Source: Promethearchaeota archaeon
Lineage (GTDB): Archaea; Asgardarchaeota; Lokiarchaeia; Sigyniarchaeales; SOKP01
DNA: 64,000 bases
Reading direction: 5' to 3'
Assembly (NCBI GenBank): GCA_019058245.1
Contig: JAHPZJ010000030.1
Span: 128,001 to 192,000, forward strand
Position 1 is the first letter of the stretch; the number at the start of each line of letters is the position of its first letter. Made by a program: the position numbers and the translations under genes. Shown one piece after another: positions 9,825 to 18,967 of the stretch. The notes under the pieces were generated by a model. The model saw only the letters and a list, made by a program, of their open reading frames with translations, did no database searches and was not told the origin of the DNA.

Positions 9825-11156
9825 TTAACGCCCCTCCTTTACATTTTTATTTAAAGCTGTCCTTAAAGCTGCCGCATTTGCATGTCCTGTTAGGTCTTCA
9901 GATTTTGCTATTATTTCAGCATGTTCAGATAATCTAAAAGCTGTTTCTTCATTTAAATAGACATAACTAATCCTTTTAATAAAATCATAAACTGATAAAG
10001 CAGATGAAAAGCGAGCTGTGCCATTTGTCGGCATCACATGACTAGGTCCTGCTATATAGTCACCTAAAACTTCAAAGGAGTTTTCTCCTATAAAAATCCC
10101 TCCTGCATTTTCTATTTTATCTAAAACTGTCATAGGCTCTTTAATCATAAGAGATAAATGTTCAGGTGCAAATTCATTTGAAATTTGTATTGATTCTTCT
10201 ATTGAATTTGTTAAAACAATACCACCATTGCTTTGAATTGATTCTTTAATAATAGATTTTCCTTTCAGAGTTATAATTTGCCTTTCTAACTCTTTTTTCA
10301 CAGATGAAATTAAATTTTCAGATGAAGTAACTAAGATAGGAATAGCTAAAATATCGTGTTCTGCTTGTGCTAATAGATCTGAAGCAACTAATGAGGGATT
10401 TGCTGTTTCATCAGCAATTACCAATGCTTCAGTAGGTCCATATATCCCATCAATTCCCACTGTTCCATAAACTTCCTTCTTTGCTAAATTTACATAGATA
10501 TTTCCAGGTCCTACGATTTTATCCACTCTAGGAATTTGTTCCGTTCCAAATGCCATAGCTGCAATAGCTTGAGCTCCACCTATCCTAAAAATTCTTATAT
10601 TGATATCATACTTCTTGATTAACCCAAAAGTTGCGAGGATAATGTTTGGTAAAGTACCTTGCTTATTGGGAGGAGAAGTAAATATTATATTTTTAACTCC
10701 TGCTACTATGGCTGGTATAGTTGCCATTAAAATTGAAGAAAATAGAGGAGCTATTCCTCCTGGAATATATATTCCAACTGTTTCAATAGGTTTTATGATT
10801 TGACCTATTTGACCGCCAAGGTTATAATTCATCCAAGAGATGATAGGTTGAAATTTATGAAAATTATAAATTCTCTCACATGCAATTTCTAAAGCTTTTC
10901 TTAACTTAGGATTAATAGAACTCAGATATTTTTCAAAATCAACATCTAATAATTCAAATTGTTCAATATCTACTTTATCTAACTTTAATGTCCAATCTTT
11001 AAGTGCTGCGTCTTTTCTTTCCTTGACATCTTTTACAATGACTTTTACACTTTCCTCTGGAGTAATATCTTCACTTTTAGACATTTCATTTAAAGTAGTA
11101 AAATATCTATTTAATATAGTATTTCTAGCTTCATCAACTGTATAAGTTTTAATCAT
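9825..11156 (-). CDS. hisD: Histidinol dehydrogenase
   Basis: GGAQAIAAMAFG, KIVGPGN, DLLAQAEHD, APEHL, GDYIAGPSHVMPT. Confidence 0.96.
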   Translation of the reverse strand: MIKTYTVDEARNTILNRYFTTLNEMSKSEDITPEESVKVIVKDVKERKDAALKDWTLKLDKVDIEQFELLDVDFEKYLSSINPKLRKALEIACERIYNFHKFQPIISWMNYNLGGQIGQIIKPIETVGIYIPGGIAPLFSSILMATIPAIVAGVKNIIFTSPPNKQGTLPNIILATFGLIKKYDINIRIFRIGGAQAIAAMAFGTEQIPRVDKIVGPGNIYVNLAKKEVYGTVGIDGIYGPTEALVIADETANPSLVASDLLAQAEHDILAIPILVTSSENLISSVKKELERQIITLKGKSIIKESIQSNGGIVLTNSIEESIQISNEFAPEHLSLMIKEPMTVLDKIENAGGIFIGENSFEVLGDYIAGPSHVMPTNGTARFSSALSVYDFIKRISYVYLNEETAFRLSEHAEIIAKSEDLTGHANAAALRTALNKNVKEGR

Positions 11157-12168
11157 TATACATCCCCAAATTCTTTAATAATTTAATATATCTCAAAGGT
11201 TCTTCCTCAAAAATATAGAGTGTGGGAGCGACAACTACACCACTTCCTCCAATTGCTCTTAAACTTCTTATTGCTTTTTGTAATTTTTCCTTCTCAACTA
11301 TTACATGAATAGCATACATTTTTTCTCCACTTTTTGTAAAGACTGATGAGATTGTAGGTCCTTGAAGGCCTTCAAGTCCCTTTTTAGAAAAGACATTATT
11401 AGCAATTTCCTCTGGGCTTTCTCCTCTCATGTTTACAAAAACTGATACAAAATTTTGAGCTCTTAAAGTAGCTTCAATAAATTCAATCAATTGACGAGCA
11501 ACTTTTAAAACAGTCTCATTTTTTAAAGCAGTTTGATTTCCAATAAGTACCGACTCAGATGTCATTATTTTTCCACCATTAATTCTTTTTAAACGATTAT
11601 CCTTTAAAGTTTGTCCTGTTGATACAAGATCAACTATGATATCACTATAACCTAGCTCAGGATATACCTCAATAGAGCCATTACCTTTAATTAACTCATA
11701 CTCAATATCAAGGGAACTCAAAAACTGTTTAGTAAGTTTTGTAAATTTAGTAGCGACTCTAAGTGATTTCTTATTTATCTTTATCTCTTCAATTGATTCT
11801 TCTGTCCAATCTTCAGGAACTGCTATTTCAAGGCTGCATTTTCCAAAATTTAATGCATTGTGCATAATTACTAACTCATTTTCATTTAAAGGTGTATATT
11901 CAAGCACTAGATCATAACCAACTATACCCATTTCTAAAGACCCATTCAACACGCCTCTAACAATATCTACTTGTCGTTGATAAACCAATTGAAGATTAAT
12001 GAGTCCTTGGATTGATCCGATATATTGTCTATTGTTTCTTTGTATATTAAAGCCGCAACTTCTTAAAAATTCTTGAGTTTCGATTTCCATTCTTCCCTTC
12101 GAAGGAATTGCTAATCTTACTTGACGAGATTTATATTTTGGAAATATTTTTTGTAGATCTTCTTTCAT
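11149..12168 (-). CDS. hisG: ATP phosphoribosyltransferase, long form
   Basis: [30 protein letters not shown] and a C-terminal regulatory domain containing GLQGPTIS. Confidence 0.94.
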   Translation of the reverse strand: MKEDLQKIFPKYKSRQVRLAIPSKGRMEIETQEFLRSCGFNIQRNNRQYIGSIQGLINLQLVYQRQVDIVRGVLNGSLEMGIVGYDLVLEYTPLNENELVIMHNALNFGKCSLEIAVPEDWTEESIEEIKINKKSLRVATKFTKLTKQFLSSLDIEYELIKGNGSIEVYPELGYSDIIVDLVSTGQTLKDNRLKRINGGKIMTSESVLIGNQTALKNETVLKVARQLIEFIEATLRAQNFVSVFVNMRGESPEEIANNVFSKKGLEGLQGPTISSVFTKSGEKMYAIHVIVEKEKLQKAIRSLRAIGGSGVVVAPTLYIFEEEPLRYIKLLKNLGMYND

Positions 12169-13073
12169 CTATTTCTCCTCCTTAATTCGGTGATTATTTC
12201 TTCAGGTTTAATTTTTTTGGTAGCCATTAATACAAGAATAAAATAAGTTACGTCAGCTATTTCCCAAATTAAGTTGTCCCTATCGGTATAATTTATCACT
12301 TCGGTACACTCTTCCTCAATTTTAGACATTAATAATTCATTATTTTCTGCAAGTTTTTTACTATAAGATTCATTTACACTATAATTTTCAATTCTATCAA
12401 TTATTAAATCATAGAGAAATTTTATAGAAAATTTCTGATCCTGAAAACAAGAATAAGAACCTTTATGACAAGCAAAACCTTTTTGTTTTACTCTAAATAA
12501 TAAAGTATCTGCATCACAATCGTATAAAATTTTCTTTATAATTTGATAATTCCCTGATTCTTCGCCTTTTATCCATAGTCGGTTTCTTGATCTGCTGAAG
12601 TAAGTTGATCTTCTAGTTTTGATTGTTTGTTTCAAAGACTCTTTTGATGAATATGCGAGCATTAGAACATTATCATCGAGATCTTGAACTATTGTTGGAA
12701 TCAATCCATTTCCTTTATCAAAATCTAAAATATTAAACAAAATATTATCTATCAATGAATAATCTTTAATTGAGTTAAAACTTAAAATTTCATCATTTTT
12801 ATGAGATTGTGGATTATATTTTATCATTCCCTTTTCTGTTATTAAATCATTCAATTCTTTTTGATTAATTTCTGAATCATTCCATATTTTAACCTTTTTA
12901 GAAACTCTCTTAAGCATATCACTCTTTATCAGTGCAATAAGACTTTCCTTACTAGCTTCAAGAACAAGAATCATAAACAGATCCCAATTTCGTTTTATAT
13001 ATACTCCATCTATAAACTCTTTTAAGCTTCCAAGCGTTTTCATATCCTTCATATTAATTTTTAATATTATCAT
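12165..13073 (-). CDS. hisIE: Bifunctional PR-AMP cyclohydrolase / PR-ATP pyrophosphatase with N-terminal extension
   Basis: [39 protein letters not shown] (HisI); SY..KL, KIEEE, WEIAD (HisE). About 110 extra N-terminal aa. Confidence 0.92.
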   Translation of the reverse strand: MIILKINMKDMKTLGSLKEFIDGVYIKRNWDLFMILVLEASKESLIALIKSDMLKRVSKKVKIWNDSEINQKELNDLITEKGMIKYNPQSHKNDEILSFNSIKDYSLIDNILFNILDFDKGNGLIPTIVQDLDDNVLMLAYSSKESLKQTIKTRRSTYFSRSRNRLWIKGEESGNYQIIKKILYDCDADTLLFRVKQKGFACHKGSYSCFQDQKFSIKFLYDLIIDRIENYSVNESYSKKLAENNELLMSKIEEECTEVINYTDRDNLIWEIADVTYFILVLMATKKIKPEEIITELRRRNR

Positions 13074-13084
13074 AATTATTCCCC

Positions 13085-13162
13085 CAAACTAAAATTGAAT
13101 TTAGTTTGATTTAAATCCGATGAATAAAAGATACCTTATACTATATTAATTCATCGGAATTA
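13085..13162 (-). promoter_or_regulatory. Two stem-loops between the His-rich leader ORF and the hisIE ribosome-binding site
   Basis: TCCGATGAAT (13116-13125) pairs with ATTCATCGGA (13149-13158). CAAACTAAA (13085-13093) pairs with TTTAGTTTG (13100-13108), abutting GGGGGA before the hisIE ATG. Confidence 0.6.
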
Positions 13163-13222
13163 TTCATGATGTAGCCAATGATGCAAGTATGAATTACGGG
13201 TTTTAAAACAATCACCTCTCAC
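13160..13222 (-). CDS. Putative his operon leader peptide (MRGDCFKTRNSYLHHWLHHE)
   Basis: GTG at 13222 to TAA at 13160, with 4 CAT codons in the last 7 sense codons, ending 86 nt upstream of hisIE. The frame is also open from ATG 13324 (54 aa). Confidence 0.6.
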   Translation of the reverse strand: MRGDCFKTRNSYLHHWLHHE

Positions 13223-13231
13223 ATCATTCGA

Positions 13232-13255
13232 TTTAATAACAAGATTGTTATTAAA
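13232..13255. promoter_or_regulatory. Perfect 11-bp inverted repeat, candidate operator of the his operon
   Basis: TTTAATAACAA-GA-TTGTTATTAAA, just downstream of a TTATAAAT TATA-like box (13266-13259) on the minus strand. Confidence 0.45.
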
Positions 13256-13571
13256 GTTATTTATAATAAAGAAACTCAATTTAGAAAGACATTGGTTAAG
13301 AACATTTTTTCTATTAAAATCCATACCAAATTCACTTTTATTGAGTTCTTTTTATCAAAGCCAGAGTTATTCGGCTTATATCAATTTATTATATAATTTA
13401 TGGAAAAGAACCTAAAAAAGTTTTCTATTATTTAGTTCTAAAAAAATCAAGGTTTTGTTTGATCTTGTTAAATTTTTTCAATTCTCAAGCAGAAATATAA
13501 ATTTTAACATATAAAAGGATCTAATAAAATAAAATCTTATTTCAATAAGGGAAATTATAAGAACTGTAAAC

Positions 13572-14009
13572 TTAGATTCTCATTTTATATAATTCTTTAT
13601 CTGGAATATAACTCATCATAATTAAATCGTCTCGGATTTCCCATCCTAAATTCTGATAAAATTCAACGACATTTTTATTGTATTTTTCGATAAATAAATG
13701 GATTTTATGTACTCGTAATTCACGAAATTTCTCGATTAATGCATCCATTATTTTTTTCCCATATCCCTTTTTTTGATAATCTGGATCTACAGCAAGATGA
13801 TGGACATAACCTCTCCTTCCATCGAACCCTCCAATCACAACGCTAATTATTTTATTGTTAATCTTTCCAATTAAGAAAAGATCAGGATTACGTTGAAGCA
13901 TTTTGTTAATTTCTTCTAATATATCAGAAGAGCCTACATTGATTCCAGCTTTTCTCCAGAGTGCCACAATTTCCTCATAATAATCTATAGTAAATTTTTC
14001 AATCTTCAT
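13572..14009 (-). CDS. GNAT family acetyltransferase (YpeA-like)
   Basis: GGFDGRRGYVHHLAVDPDYQKKGYGK and N..VVEFYQNLGW. Confidence 0.9.
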   Translation of the reverse strand: MKIEKFTIDYYEEIVALWRKAGINVGSSDILEEINKMLQRNPDLFLIGKINNKIISVVIGGFDGRRGYVHHLAVDPDYQKKGYGKKIMDALIEKFRELRVHKIHLFIEKYNKNVVEFYQNLGWEIRDDLIMMSYIPDKELYKMRI

Positions 14010-14204
14010 TTTGAATAATATTGGGTGTTAGTTTTTAGTTAATTTATCAAATTAAATTTATGATTTAAAACATTTTAAAGAAGGTTTTTCACAAAATATT
14101 TGGCAAATAAGAGAATCATCCAAGAAAAAAAAAAATCAACCTTTATTAATTTCTTGAACTATCTTACAATATAACAAATTTAATAAAAAAAACTGGTGTA
14201 ATAA

Positions 14205-15878
14205 ATGAGTGATGATTTAAAAGCAATTAAAGAAATCTCAAAACTTACAGGAAAGGAATTAAAAAAAATTCACGACGATTTTTATGAACGTAATTTAGAT
14301 AATGCTGAATTTGTTTATTATCTTCAAGAAGATAATGTAATATATATAGGTATTAATTTCTATTATTTAGATTTGTCTGAGAAAGATCTACAAAAAGTAT
14401 ATGACTCTGTGAGCAATCTTAAATCTCTAAAGGGTTTAAGTCTTAAATATAAAGTGATTGATAAAGTTCCAGATTTTATTAGAAATTTCAAAGATTTAGA
14501 ATCATTAAACCTTTCGGACAACCATTTAAAATCATTACCTGAATGGATGGGAGAGCTTAAAAATTTGAACATTCTTAATCTAGAATCTAATGAATTAGCA
14601 TCTATACCTGATTGGATGAAGGAACTTAACAACTTATCTCATCTTAATGTGCAAAATAATAATTTGAATTTTTTACCAGAATGGTTAGGAAATTTAGAGA
14701 ATCTAAAAACCTTGAAAGTGGTATTTAATAATCTTGAATGGAATGATATGAGTCTCAATGTATTAAAAAGTGTTTTTAAAAGAGGAGGTACCATATTCGC
14801 ACCAAATATACTTCAGTTTCAAGCAATACATGATCTCCCTAAAGAAAAGATTGAGATCATACGTGAAATTGAAAAAGATACCATTGAAGATGAAAAAAAG
14901 GGTAGGATATCTAGGTTACCAATAAAAGTAGAAGATGGCAAAGTTACGGAGTGGAAATTTGTTGGGTATGGCATTAAATCCTTACCAGAGAATTTTGGAA
15001 TTTTTAATAATCTAAAATCATTGATAATTTCGCGTAATCAAATCGAAGCGTTGCCAGAGTCTTTTGGAGAATTAAAAGATTTAGAGTTTCTCGATTTATC
15101 TAGTAATAAATTAACTACTTTGCCAGAATCTTTTGTTAATTTAACGTCGATTAATAATCTTAATCTTAATAATAACCAATTTATTGAGATCCCTACACAA
15201 TTATGGGCACTTAAAGAACTTACTGATTTAGATTTATCCAACAATCCTCTTAATCCTGAAGAAATGGTTGTTTCACAAAAAGTTCCAGATTTAATTAGAG
15301 AATACCTTAGAGTGAAAGCTACAATAATAGTTTTTATATCTCACGCAGTTCTCGATTTTGAGCCTTATCGCATAGAAGAGCTTGTAAAATACTTGGAAAA
15401 ACAAAAAGAAATATCTCAAGTATTTTTTTGTGAGTCAGATCTTGCTGGTAATATTGATGAGTGGATGCTAAATGCTGTGCAAAAGAGTCAACTAATTTTA
15501 TTTATTGGAACTAATAAATCAGTTTTTAATTCCGTAGATTGTACCAATGAACTGCAACTCGCTGATAAATTCTCTATTCCAGTCATTCCCCTAAAAGGTA
15601 AAGATATAAACTGGCCAGATTTAGCGGATATAAACCTTTCTCGGGAATTAGGATTAGAATATGATATTGATAACTTCGACCAATTTTGCTCTGATGTATA
15701 CAAGTACATAGAAAATTTCAAGCGGGAAATAAACCTAATGGAAAAAGAGGAACGTCGATTAGGTATTATAGATATTTATGAACGATTTCGGTTAATTTTA
15801 GATGATAGTCTAAGTGATATCAAAAGAAAATTGGATGAATTAGAAAAGAGAATTGCTCAACTTGAAACCAAGAATTAA
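14205..15878 (+). CDS. Leucine-rich-repeat protein with C-terminal TIR domain and coiled coil
   Basis: Two blocks of LxxLxLxxNxLxxLP repeats, then VFISHA...IDEWM..AVQKSQLILFIGT..SVFNSVDCTNEL..A..FSIPVIPL (TIR, catalytic Glu position retained), then a heptad tail. Confidence 0.85.
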   Translation: MSDDLKAIKEISKLTGKELKKIHDDFYERNLDNAEFVYYLQEDNVIYIGINFYYLDLSEKDLQKVYDSVSNLKSLKGLSLKYKVIDKVPDFIRNFKDLESLNLSDNHLKSLPEWMGELKNLNILNLESNELASIPDWMKELNNLSHLNVQNNNLNFLPEWLGNLENLKTLKVVFNNLEWNDMSLNVLKSVFKRGGTIFAPNILQFQAIHDLPKEKIEIIREIEKDTIEDEKKGRISRLPIKVEDGKVTEWKFVGYGIKSLPENFGIFNNLKSLIISRNQIEALPESFGELKDLEFLDLSSNKLTTLPESFVNLTSINNLNLNNNQFIEIPTQLWALKELTDLDLSNNPLNPEEMVVSQKVPDLIREYLRVKATIIVFISHAVLDFEPYRIEELVKYLEKQKEISQVFFCESDLAGNIDEWMLNAVQKSQLILFIGTNKSVFNSVDCTNELQLADKFSIPVIPLKGKDINWPDLADINLSRELGLEYDIDNFDQFCSDVYKYIENFKREINLMEKEERRLGIIDIYERFRLILDDSLSDIKRKLDELEKRIAQLETKN

Positions 15879-15925
15879 GTGATTTCTATTATTTTTTTTT
15901 TTGAAATAAATCATTATTAAAATGA

Positions 15926-18013
15926 TCAACTGACAAATTGCATGTCTATTGATAACCTACTTATCCTTTTTCTAATTTCTGTCTTATCCTCTATAATTTT
16001 CTTAATATAACTAGAGATTTCCTTTCTTTTACCCTTATCAGTAGGAATTGGTAAAACTATATCCATGACACGATTTCCTATAGTAGCGATTGTACCTTGT
16101 ACAAATGTAATTGCTTGAATTTGTTTTTGAACTACGTCTAAATTCAATAAATATAGAAGTAAATAAGAATCAATATTTTCTTCATTTTCTATTGCTTTTA
16201 TCTGGAAAATATGACTTTGGATTATTATCTGTGTATCTAACTCAGTAACGTAGGCAGTTTTTCCTATTAAATTAGGACCACCGTCCTTAACCAAAAGTAT
16301 ATCTCCAACTTCAATATTTTGTTTCTCTTTATATTGGTTGTACACTTCTATACTAGTCTTCTTATATGAATCTAGATTTATTTCCCAATTATTTAATTCA
16401 CTTGTCCGAATAAAAGGGATATCACCTAAACCATATACATTTGAACCTATTTCATCTCCTCGCGGGAGATATCTCCCTCTATTTGAATAAATGATATTTT
16501 TATCAATTAGATCTTTTATAGTTAGAAGAATAAAGTTCTGATCATCTGAAAGCTTTTTTAAAGTTTTCTCAACTCCAATATAGTAGAGGGGGATGAAAAC
16601 CTTATTCTTTATTTGACTAAATTTTATTTTAAAGATTTTTTGGTCTTTTAAATGATTAAATTCTTCAGATTCTTTTATTTTTATATATAATTTTGAAAGA
16701 TCGTCATTAACTATTGGATTTCCAATAGAATCTAATTTATAGCTTCCATCTTTATTCAATTTGTATAGAACTTTTCCATCTTTATCGTGTCCAACGTTTT
16801 CTACAATTGCAAAATCAATTATGTAATCTTCTGGAATTTGATTTAATTTTTGAAAAAATAGAATACTTGTTTTGTTACATGTGTAAGGTTGGAATGTATT
16901 TTGATCTAAGGAAATTATCCCTAGAATTTTGCCATGAGAAGTTAAAAATTCCCATATATAGCGATCTGTTATGTTTCCAAATATCCCTTCTGGTAAAACA
17001 ATCCCCAGTTTACCACCATTCTTGAGTAATTGAACACATCTTTCAATAAATAAAATTTGGGGAGGTTGTTGCTTTACTAGGTTTTTTTGCATTTCCCATT
17101 TATCATTGATGTTTTTCCAAACATGTGCTAATTGATAATTCTTTAAAATATTTTTATCAGTTATAGGGATTTTAACTCCAAACGGAGGATTAGTAAAGAT
17201 ATAATCAAAACCATCATTCTTTATCAATTCCTTTGCTGGAGATCTATAACTTTTTGGATCTAATGAGTCTTCGCAAAATATTTTTGCTTTTCCATTACTT
17301 AGTATTTCTAAATATAATTTACTTATTTTAGCTAAAAAAAGATCCTTATCAATGCCATATAAATTCGAAATATAGTCAATTCTTTTTTCCTTCGATTTTA
17401 TATTTGACCAGATAAGATCTTTAGTTTCAAGAAGAAAACCACCATGACCACAGGCAGGATCTAAAACTTTTGATTCATAAGGAGGATTTAAATAATTAAC
17501 CATGAAATTTACGACATTGGGAGGTGTAAAAAACTGTCCTCCCTCATCTTTTAAGATTTTGCTAACAAAAATTTCGAACGCATCACTTAAAATATCTTTA
17601 GATGATCGAAGAAGTGAAATCTCCTGTAATTCTTTAACAACCATATAAACAAGTTCTTTTGTTAACGTTATTTGCTCATTTTGATTCATAACATCGTTAA
17701 ATTTTTCTCTTACATTCTCATTGAAAAAAATTTCAATTCTTTTAAGTAAGTCTTGATTAGATTCTCCAACTTTTAAGCAAAATTCTACTTCCTCTTCATC
17801 TTCTTTAGACATTTCATCAACTAATTTACAAAGTAAGAGATTTACTATTTGCTTGGATCTAGCTCTAGTATCTGTATCGGTATATTTTAATTTTCCATAT
17901 AGATGCTGATTAATTGATGTAAATACCTGTTTTAAATTAGTTGTTTTCTTTAAATCTTTTTTCCTTATAATACTAGATTTTTTCTCTAAAAAATTAGTAA
18001 TATTAATTGGCAT
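15926..18013 (-). CDS. N6-adenine DNA methyltransferase fused to an HsdS-like target recognition domain
   Basis: GQFFTP, VLDPACGHGGFL (motif I), IFTNPPF (motif IV), GIVLPEG. C-terminal IPFIRTS...GDILLVKDG...IGK TRD. Confidence 0.9.
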   Translation of the reverse strand: MPINITNFLEKKSSIIRKKDLKKTTNLKQVFTSINQHLYGKLKYTDTDTRARSKQIVNLLLCKLVDEMSKEDEEEVEFCLKVGESNQDLLKRIEIFFNENVREKFNDVMNQNEQITLTKELVYMVVKELQEISLLRSSKDILSDAFEIFVSKILKDEGGQFFTPPNVVNFMVNYLNPPYESKVLDPACGHGGFLLETKDLIWSNIKSKEKRIDYISNLYGIDKDLFLAKISKLYLEILSNGKAKIFCEDSLDPKSYRSPAKELIKNDGFDYIFTNPPFGVKIPITDKNILKNYQLAHVWKNINDKWEMQKNLVKQQPPQILFIERCVQLLKNGGKLGIVLPEGIFGNITDRYIWEFLTSHGKILGIISLDQNTFQPYTCNKTSILFFQKLNQIPEDYIIDFAIVENVGHDKDGKVLYKLNKDGSYKLDSIGNPIVNDDLSKLYIKIKESEEFNHLKDQKIFKIKFSQIKNKVFIPLYYIGVEKTLKKLSDDQNFILLTIKDLIDKNIIYSNRGRYLPRGDEIGSNVYGLGDIPFIRTSELNNWEINLDSYKKTSIEVYNQYKEKQNIEVGDILLVKDGGPNLIGKTAYVTELDTQIIIQSHIFQIKAIENEENIDSYLLLYLLNLDVVQKQIQAITFVQGTIATIGNRVMDIVLPIPTDKGKRKEISSYIKKIIEDKTEIRKRISRLSIDMQFVS

Positions 18014-18347
18014 TTACTATTATCCAAATACTTATATGCTTTCTTTCAAGTAATATTTCTCTATAATTCATTTATAATTAATCAAATTATTATTATTTTT
18101 TATTAATTGAAAATTAAAGCAATTTTTATCTTTGAATAATAGATACTATAGAGATTTTATTGTTTTTTTAATTGTAAAGAAAATTAAAATTACACAACAT
18201 TAAAAACTAAACTTCGTTTATAACACATAGTTGTCTATAGATAACGTAACATAGATAAACTGCAATTAAGGAAAACAAAAGAATTTAACTATAAAAAAGA
18301 AAAAAAAAGCTATACAGTGAAAAAAGCTGAAAAATGGGTGAGTATAT

Positions 18348-18629
18348 TTGCCTAAAGGAGATGATTCAAAAGTTTATATCGGCAGAAAGAAATCAATGAG
18401 CTATGTTATGGCTGCTATGGTGGTATTGAATGATAAACCAGTTACTTTATTAGCGCGAGGGCGTTCTATTTCTCGTGCTGTGGATGTAGCTGAAATTTTA
18501 ATTAACAAGTTTATTTCTGGGTCGAGTTATGGCGAAATAAAAATCGATACAGAGACAATTACAAATACCGATGGCACTAATAGCAATGTCTCTTCAATAG
18601 AGATTGAAATTCTTCCGCCAAAGAGGTAA
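18348..18629 (+). CDS. albA: DNA/RNA-binding protein Alba
   Basis: VYIGRKKSMSYV...LLARGRSISRAVDVAE...NVSSIEI. Confidence 0.95.
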   Translation: MPKGDDSKVYIGRKKSMSYVMAAMVVLNDKPVTLLARGRSISRAVDVAEILINKFISGSSYGEIKIDTETITNTDGTNSNVSSIEIEILPPKR

Positions 18630-18654
18630 GTAAGAAAACTATAAAATTTAACAG

Positions 18655-18696
18655 GAGAAAATCAGGAGACTTTCTCGCTTCTTTTTTTTATTTTTT
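18655..18696 (+). terminator. Putative terminator after alba
   Basis: GAGAAA/TTTCTC short stem followed by T-tracts. Confidence 0.4.
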
Positions 18697-18705
18697 GAAA
18701 ACGCA

Positions 18706-18873
18706 TTATTTTGAAATAAATTTATAGTGGTTTTCATCAATCACAGGACGATACCCTATTTTTTGATATATACTATTAGAGGTTGGATTACTTAAATCAG
18801 TATCTTTTTTAAGCAAAAAAGGAAATACCAGATCATAGAATTTTTCAACAACTTCATAGCATCGTGCTTTCAT
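18706..18873 (-). pseudogene. Internally deleted GNAT acetyltransferase remnant (55 aa)
   Basis: MKARCYEVVEKFYDLVFPFLLKK is joined directly to TDLSNPTSNSIYQKIGYRPV, a characteristic GNAT C-terminal motif. Confidence 0.7.
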
Positions 18874-18967
18874 ATTTTTTCAAAGAAGTGTGATAATATC
18901 TTAACTAATTAAATCTTATTAAAAACCTAGTAAAAAATATAAATAATTAAATGCACTCTTCACATAG

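Noticed and set aside
13219-13227. ATG-ATG-TGA minigene overlapping the leader GTG
   Set aside because: Too short to distinguish from chance; noted only as part of the leader region.
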